Assembly (NCBI GenBank): GCA_043750125.1
Contig: JAYVCD010000080.1
Coordinates: forward strand, 1 to 12,200
Length of the DNA stretch: 12,200 nucleotides
Origin: Archangiaceae bacterium
GTDB lineage: Bacteria > Myxococcota > Myxococcia > Myxococcales > Myxococcaceae
Direction of reading: 5' to 3'
Below, one piece after another: positions 7,127-12,200 of this stretch. Both the position numbers and the translations under genes were made by a program. The first letter of the stretch is position 1; each line of letters begins with the position of its first letter. The notes below the pieces were generated by a model that saw nothing but the letters and a program-made list of their open reading frames with translations, had not been told where the DNA came from and did no database searches.

Positions 7127-10100
7127 ATGCGCATCCTCATTCCGTCTGCTCTGGCGCTCGCACTGGCCTGCGTTCCCAACACCCAGGGCGCGCCCTGTTC
7201 GACCGATGCAAATTGTCCGAGCCAGCAGATCTGTCGTGCCGGGGTCTGTGCGACCGGCCCTGGCTCGGGTGGAGGCAGCGGCGGCGGATCCGGTGGCGGA
7301 AGCGGCGGCGGGTCAGGTGGCGGAGTCGGTGGAGGCTCCGGTGGCGCCGGTGTGGGCGGTGGCGCGGGCGGTGGCGCGGGAGGTGGACTCGGTGGCGGCG
7401 CGGGCGGCGGCGCGAGCGGTGGGCTGGCGATCACTCCCCCGATGCAGGACTTCGGCCTTGTCACCCAGGGCGGAAACAGCGGCATCCTGACCTTCACGGT
7501 GAGGAACTCTGGCCCTGCGACTGACGCGATCGCCACCGTGCTGTCGGGCGCCGACCCGACCCAGTTCCAACTGACCTCCGACGGCTGCGTCGGACAGATC
7601 CTCGCCTCCAACGCCAGCTGCCAGATCACCCTTCGCTTCAGCCCCAGCGCAGCGGGAATGAAGGCGGCCTCGCTCAATGTCAGCGCCACTCCCGGCGGGA
7701 CGGCGAGCGCCTCGGTCTCAGGCACCGGGCTGACCGTGGGGAACATTTCGATTGCTCCGACGTCGCGGGATTTCGGCGCGGTCGAGCAGGGCAAGGCGGG
7801 CGCAGTCCAGCTCTTCACCGTGCAGAACAACGGCGGCTCGGCCACCGGGATCCTCGCGACGACGATCAACGGCGCCAACAACACCGAGTTCACGCTTGGC
7901 GCTGACCTCTGCGTGGGCCAGGTGCTCCCGCCCGCCGGGACGTGCACCATCAGCGTGCAATTCGCCCCGACCACGGCCGGCTCGAAGATCGGCACGCTGA
8001 CGGTCACCGGCTCGCCTGGAGGCGCAGGGGCCGCGCCGCTTTCCGGAACTTCGCTCGCCAGCGCGCAGCTGGCGATTCAACCAACGACCCAGAACTTCAA
8101 CTCGGTGGTGATGGGCTCGTCGTCGAACATCAGCTTCACAGCCAGCAACACCGGCGGCGTCGACAGCGGGATCCCGACCGTGATGATCAGCGGCGCCGAT
8201 GCGAGCCAGTTTTCCGTGTTCACCAACGGCTGCACGGCTGCCGTCCCCGGCGCAGGGATGTGCACCATCGTCGTGAAGTTCAGTCCGACCACGACCGGCA
8301 CCAAGTCCGCTGCCTTGACCGTGGGCGCCTCTCCCGGCGGAGCGGCAACCTCGATGTTGTCCGGCACCGGAATTGCGCCCGGCGCGCTCTCGATCAGCCC
8401 TCCGAATCAGGATTTCGGTTCGTTGCTGCAGGGCACCAGCAGCGCGACGCCCCTGAGCTTCACCGTCACCAACACCGGCGGATCAGCGACCGGGACGCTG
8501 ACCACGCGCATCGTCGCGGCAGGCAACGCGCAGTTCAGCATCACCACCGACACCTGCGCGGCGACGGTGGTCCCGGCATCGGGCACCTGCACGCTGAGCA
8601 TCACGTTCTCACCCACCTCGGCCGGCTCGAAGACCGCGACCCTCGAAGTGACCGGCGCTCCCGGAGGCACCGCTCCGGCGAGCCTCACCGGCAATGGCCT
8701 TGCGCCCGCGCAGCTCTCGATGAGCCCGGCTTCATTCACGTTTCCCAACACCGTCGTCGGAGCGAGCAGCGCAGCCCAGAGCTTCACCGTCACCAACTCC
8801 GGCGGTGTCGCTGCGGGAACCACCACCGCCCTCTCGACGCTTGTGGGCGGCACCAACCCGGGCGACTTTCAGATCAGCGTCAACACCTGCTCGGGAACGC
8901 TCGGCGCCGGCTCAAGTTGCAGCCTGGCCGTCGTGTTCAAGCCGGCCGCCAGTGGCGGTAAATCCGCGAACCTGAATGTCAGCGCGACCCCGGGCGGTTC
9001 GGCGGCGGCGGGCCTGGGTGGCACGGCCGAGACGCCTGCGGCATTGACCCTCGCGGCCGTTTCGCCAAACACGGTCGGCTTCGGCAACGTGACCGTCGGC
9101 TCGAGCTCGACGATGACCTACCTCGTCACCAATACCGGGCAGCAGAGCTCGAGCGCGATCACCGTGACTCTCAGCGGCACCGACTTCGCGCTGCAGACCG
9201 GCGCGGGCGACTGCATCAGCGGAACCACGACGCTCGCCGGTGGAGGAACCTGCAACGTGCGGGTGCGGTTTGCGCCGAGCTCCAATGTTGCGCGCACCGC
9301 GACGCTCGGAGTCACTGCCGCCGTCGGGGGTGTTCCGCCCCAGTTGAATCTCACCGGCCAGGGGCAGAACCCCGGCGCGCTCACCGGCGCTCCAGCCTCG
9401 AAGGACTTCGGCCAGCAGGAAGTGGGCATCACCGGCGGCTCGGCGACCTGGACGATCAGCAACAGCGGAAATCTTCCCGCCACGGCGCTCGTCTTCTCGA
9501 ACACCAACCCCGGCGAGTTCTCGACCAGCAGCACCTGTGCATCTTTGCTGGCCGGAATGAGCAGCTGCGTCGTCACCGTTTCGTTCAAAGCCAGCGCCGG
9601 CGGCGCGCGCAACGGCACGCTTCAGATGGCGTATGCCGAGGGTCCCGCGATCACGATGTCGGTCACGGGCACCGGCGCGTTCCGTCTGACGTTGGCGCCG
9701 GTCGGTGTCGGGACGGTCAGCTCGAACATCGGCGGCCTCAGCTGCGGCACCACCTGCACCGGCCTCTTCGCGACCGGCGCAACGGTTGTGTTGTCCGCGC
9801 GCACCACCAACGGCTCAAACGCGTTCTTCAGCGGCTGGACGGCAGACTGCGCCTCGACCGGCTCGGTGCGCGACTGCACGGTGACGATGACGCAGAGCCG
9901 CACCGTCGGGGCGACGTTCTCGCCGATGACCAATAACCTGATCTTCGCCTCATCGCGGCTCTACGTGGGCGGGCAGGCCATCGGTAGCGTCGCGAACGCC
10001 GACAACCAGTGCAACTTGCTGGCGTCCGCCGCGGGCATCAACGACGCGACGGGCACCGGCTTCATGGCGTGGATTTCGAGCACGACCTCCAATGTTTTTT

Positions 10101-10933
10101 CCCGCCTGCAGCCGTCGACGCGAGGCTGGGTGCGCATGGACGGCAAGCCGGTGTTCGATTCTCAAGCGGCCATCGCCGCCCACCAGATTTGGCACCCCAT
10201 CAACCGCGACGAGCTCGGCCAGCGGGTGATCACCGATCAATACGTCGCGACCGGCACCTCAGGCACGGGAGCCACCGGCCCGCTTACCTGCGCGGACTGG
10301 ACGGGGGGCGCAGGCCAATTCGGCGGCTTCGGCAACGTGAACAACGGGCCCAGCGCCTGGACGACGGAGAACAATTTCAGCTGCACCTTCACGCTGCGTC
10401 TGTACTGCATGGGGAAGACCCGGACGGCGGTCCTCAGCCCTGCGCCCTCTGCGGTAGCCACCAAGTTTGCCTTCGTCACCAACGCGACCCTCGTGCCTGA
10501 CAGCTCCCCGGGTCCGGCTGAGCTCGACGCGCTGTGCAACTCCGAGAAGCCGTCGGGCAGTGGAACGTTCAAGGCGTGGGTGGCCTCCACGGGAATGGCG
10601 GCCTCCAGCCTGCTGGTCCCGACAACCAGCTATCGGACAATCGAGAAGCTGCTCATCGGCACCGGCGCTGAGATCAACTCGACCAGCTTCTTCAACGACG
10701 GTGCCGGAATGTGGGAGCACTCCAACTTCACTTTCCCCACAGGCTTCGACAAGGTCTACACCGGCTCGAGCGGGCCGACAGCGATCGGCGCCGACGGCAC
10801 CAATTGCACCAACTGGGGCAACGTCGCGGGCAGCGGGATCTTCGGCTTCTACGTAATCAACGACAGCCGCTGGTGGAATTTCAGTACCCAGGCCTGCAAC
10901 ACCGCCGCCCATTTGCACTGCATCGAGCAATAG
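7127..10933 (+). CDS. Large surface lipoprotein/adhesin-like protein (1268 aa) with choice-of-anchor D (ASH-like) Ig repeats, an InlB B-like repeat and two DUF1554/endostatin-like domains
   Basis: The signal peptide ends in ALA-C15 (imperfect lipobox). It is followed by a CSTDANCPSQQICRAGVC knot and a Gly linker. Next come 7 repeats of pattern P...dFG.v..G.....FTV.N.G...F....C...C...v.F.P...G.k...L, then GTVSS..GGLSCG..C...F..G..V.L.A...F.GW...C...CTVTM. Two terminal domains carry D..C...F.AW.S...TG...C..W...L.C. Confidence 0.92.
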   Translation: MRILIPSALALALACVPNTQGAPCSTDANCPSQQICRAGVCATGPGSGGGSGGGSGGGSGGGSGGGVGGGSGGAGVGGGAGGGAGGGLGGGAGGGASGGLAITPPMQDFGLVTQGGNSGILTFTVRNSGPATDAIATVLSGADPTQFQLTSDGCVGQILASNASCQITLRFSPSAAGMKAASLNVSATPGGTASASVSGTGLTVGNISIAPTSRDFGAVEQGKAGAVQLFTVQNNGGSATGILATTINGANNTEFTLGADLCVGQVLPPAGTCTISVQFAPTTAGSKIGTLTVTGSPGGAGAAPLSGTSLASAQLAIQPTTQNFNSVVMGSSSNISFTASNTGGVDSGIPTVMISGADASQFSVFTNGCTAAVPGAGMCTIVVKFSPTTTGTKSAALTVGASPGGAATSMLSGTGIAPGALSISPPNQDFGSLLQGTSSATPLSFTVTNTGGSATGTLTTRIVAAGNAQFSITTDTCAATVVPASGTCTLSITFSPTSAGSKTATLEVTGAPGGTAPASLTGNGLAPAQLSMSPASFTFPNTVVGASSAAQSFTVTNSGGVAAGTTTALSTLVGGTNPGDFQISVNTCSGTLGAGSSCSLAVVFKPAASGGKSANLNVSATPGGSAAAGLGGTAETPAALTLAAVSPNTVGFGNVTVGSSSTMTYLVTNTGQQSSSAITVTLSGTDFALQTGAGDCISGTTTLAGGGTCNVRVRFAPSSNVARTATLGVTAAVGGVPPQLNLTGQGQNPGALTGAPASKDFGQQEVGITGGSATWTISNSGNLPATALVFSNTNPGEFSTSSTCASLLAGMSSCVVTVSFKASAGGARNGTLQMAYAEGPAITMSVTGTGAFRLTLAPVGVGTVSSNIGGLSCGTTCTGLFATGATVVLSARTTNGSNAFFSGWTADCASTGSVRDCTVTMTQSRTVGATFSPMTNNLIFASSRLYVGGQAIGSVANADNQCNLLASAAGINDATGTGFMAWISSTTSNVFSRLQPSTRGWVRMDGKPVFDSQAAIAAHQIWHPINRDELGQRVITDQYVATGTSGTGATGPLTCADWTGGAGQFGGFGNVNNGPSAWTTENNFSCTFTLRLYCMGKTRTAVLSPAPSAVATKFAFVTNATLVPDSSPGPAELDALCNSEKPSGSGTFKAWVASTGMAASSLLVPTTSYRTIEKLLIGTGAEINSTSFFNDGAGMWEHSNFTFPTGFDKVYTGSSGPTAIGADGTNCTNWGNVAGSGIFGFYVINDSRWWNFSTQACNTAAHLHCIEQ
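7262..7423 (+). repeat. Low-complexity (GGGS/GGGA/GGGX)n linker repeat
   Basis: About 54 codons of Gly-rich tetrapeptide repeats with a 12-nt period and varied synonymous codons. Confidence 0.9.
7424..9676 (+). repeat. Seven tandem Ig-like domain repeats of about 100-112 aa
   Basis: Units start near 7424, 7745, 8069, 8387, 8714, 9044 and 9380. Each has a Cys pair and ends in a (S/T/G)-G-x-(G/S/A) motif. Confidence 0.85.
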
Positions 10934-11133
10934 CCGGCGCCATTTCCGGGTCAGGAAAGCCCGTCGTGCGCTCCGGGGACCACCACCCGCAGCAGCGCCA
11001 CCGCCCAGCGTTCGAAGAAGGGCAGGGGAGCGCGCGAATGCCCGTCGAAGGAAGGAGGAATTCTCCACACTCCTCTCCGACGTTGGCGGAGCTGCTGCTG
11101 CTGGCGTAGAGCTCAAAGGTCATTGTGCCGCCT

Positions 11134-11160
11134 GCATACTTTACAGCTGCTTGATATGCT
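11134..11160 (+). promoter_or_regulatory. Putative vapBC promoter (extended -10) overlapped by a palindromic operator
   Basis: A GCATA-N5-CAGCTG-N5-TATGC dyad spans 11134-11159. Its right arm overlaps TG-A-TATGCT (11152-11160). The RBS GGGAGG is at 11182-11187. Confidence 0.55.
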
Positions 11161-11192
11161 GTTGACACGATGAAGCTGATCGGGAGGAATCG

Positions 11193-11393
11193 ATGAGGAC
11201 CACGCTGGATATTCCAGACGAGCTGCTCGAGGAGGCCCGGCGCCTTTCCCACGCTCGATCCAAGCGAGAAGCGGTCCTCGCCGGCCTGCAAGAGCTGATC
11301 AAGAAAGGACGTCGAGAGGAGCTTCGTCAGCTTGCAGGGAAGATAGAGCTGAAGGTCGATCTCGCTCGGTCCCGGAAACGACGACCGGCGTGA
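11193..11393 (+). CDS. vapB: Type II toxin-antitoxin antitoxin, VapB family (DUF2191-like, RHH-type)
   Basis: MRTTLDIPDELLEEA..LS..RSKREAV..GL.ELI pattern, 66 aa, strong RBS, and a GTGA overlap with the PIN gene. Confidence 0.92.
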   Translation: MRTTLDIPDELLEEARRLSHARSKREAVLAGLQELIKKGRREELRQLAGKIELKVDLARSRKRRPA

Positions 11394-11782
11394 GTGATGT
11401 CCTGATCGACAGCTCCGCGTGGATTGATTTTCTGCGGGGCGATGCGAAGGCGGTAGAAAAGGTCGACCTGCTCCTGGCAGATGGGCGGGCGGCCATGACC
11501 GGACCCATCTACGCCGAGGTCGTTTCGGGAGCCCAGAGCCGAGCGGTTTTCGATCGTCTGGCGTTGTTGTTCAAATCTCTCGACCTCCTGGTCGCCCCGG
11601 AAGGGGCCTGGGAGCAAGTCGCGGAAGCCCGGTTCGCTCTGGCACGACAAGGAATCCAGGTGCATCTGGTGGATCTCTTCATTGCCGTGACTGCGCTCCA
11701 CAACCGTCATTCCCTGCTCACCCGCGATCGTGATTTTGAAGTCATCGCGCGCGTAATTCCGGTGGAGCTCGACTGCTTTTAG
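11390..11782 (+). CDS. vapC: Type II toxin-antitoxin toxin, VapC PIN-domain ribonuclease
   Basis: PIN acidic residues occur in LIDSSAWI, IYAEV, LVDLFIA and LLTRDRDF. It is 130 aa and translationally coupled to vapB. Confidence 0.95.
   Translation: MSDVLIDSSAWIDFLRGDAKAVEKVDLLLADGRAAMTGPIYAEVVSGAQSRAVFDRLALLFKSLDLLVAPEGAWEQVAEARFALARQGIQVHLVDLFIAVTALHNRHSLLTRDRDFEVIARVIPVELDCF
11573..11650 (+). repeat. Second copy of the 78-bp imperfect direct repeat (first copy 6838-6915)
   Basis: Manual alignment is ungapped with 11 mismatches in 78 nt. Confidence 0.9.
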
Positions 11783-12002
11783 GAAACGCGTCACCCGACC
11801 AGGGTGAGCCCGACGGGCAGCGTGTCGCCCAGGGCCCGCGCTTCGTCCGCCAAAGACAGGGACACCACTTCGGCGACCAGCTGCCTCCACGAGGGCGGCG
11901 ACTTCACCCCCTCAGCGCCACGAGCACCTCTTCCCTCAGCGCCTAGCTCACGTCCCGCGCGCGGTCTCTGGTACGGCGACACAGCTCATCGACGTCCTTA
12001 CT

Positions 12003-12058
12003 TTCCAACGCGACGAGGGGAAAATGCGAGACGTGTTTTTCGACGTTTCGCGTTGGAA
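12003..12058. repeat. Inverted repeat / long hairpin
   Basis: TTCCAACGCGA (12003-12013) and TCGCGTTGGAA (12048-12058) are perfect 11-bp arms. An inner stem GGAAAATGCG/CGTGTTTTTC pairs with G-U wobbles. Confidence 0.7.
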
Positions 12059-12200
12059 GCTTCAGAGCTCGTCGCCCCCGCCGGGGGTACCTCGATGTGG
12101 GGAGCGCCGCGCATTTGGGAAGGCGCCATTGATGGCGGAGGGTAATCCAGGAAGCTGGACCAGAATCGGCCGTCGTTGCCGGATCGCGCCGAAGAGGCCG

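Noticed and set aside
7120-8007. Pro-rich 295-aa minus ORF and the other minus ORFs across 8077-10590
   Set aside because: These are antisense mirrors of the Gly linker and Ig repeats of the large lipoprotein.
7262-9676. Repeats as a CRISPR array
   Set aside because: They are in-frame protein-coding repeats with no identical DNA repeat/unique spacer structure, and there are no cas genes.
10463-10933. C-terminal lectin-like domain as a DGR target
   Set aside because: No template-repeat copy of this region and no RT were seen in the window. A remote template cannot be excluded.
11804-12200. CDS at the right edge (113-aa plus ORF or minus frames entering from the right)
   Set aside because: There is no recognisable motif or clear codon bias, and a frame cannot be chosen without flanking sequence.

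Overview
High-GC bacterial DNA that looks like Myxococcota (inferred from a Cys-rich lipoprotein with a Gly linker and from sigma-54-type promoter motifs). The left half (1-6808) is metabolic. It holds a secreted hypothetical protein, a DUF2171 protein, an orphan dihydrolipoamide dehydrogenase-family oxidoreductase and an MFS transporter. Divergent from the MFS gene is a tight run of GNAT acetyltransferase, CADD-type diiron oxidase and ceramide glucosyltransferase-like GT21. The right half (6805-12200) looks like an accessory, high-turnover site. A 1268-aa surface lipoprotein (7 choice-of-anchor-D/ASH-like Ig repeats, an InlB-B-like repeat and two endostatin/DUF1554-like domains) is followed by an intact vapBC toxin-antitoxin pair. 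The most striking non-obvious signal is a 78-bp diverged copy of part of vapC (67/78 identical, 8 of 11 changes synonymous) just upstream of the large gene. The adhesin gene plus vapB is therefore bracketed by vapC-derived direct repeats, and the upstream copy sits in a patchwork of gene fragments. No rRNA, tRNA, CRISPR array, transposase or integrase was seen. Family names come from motif recognition, not database searches.
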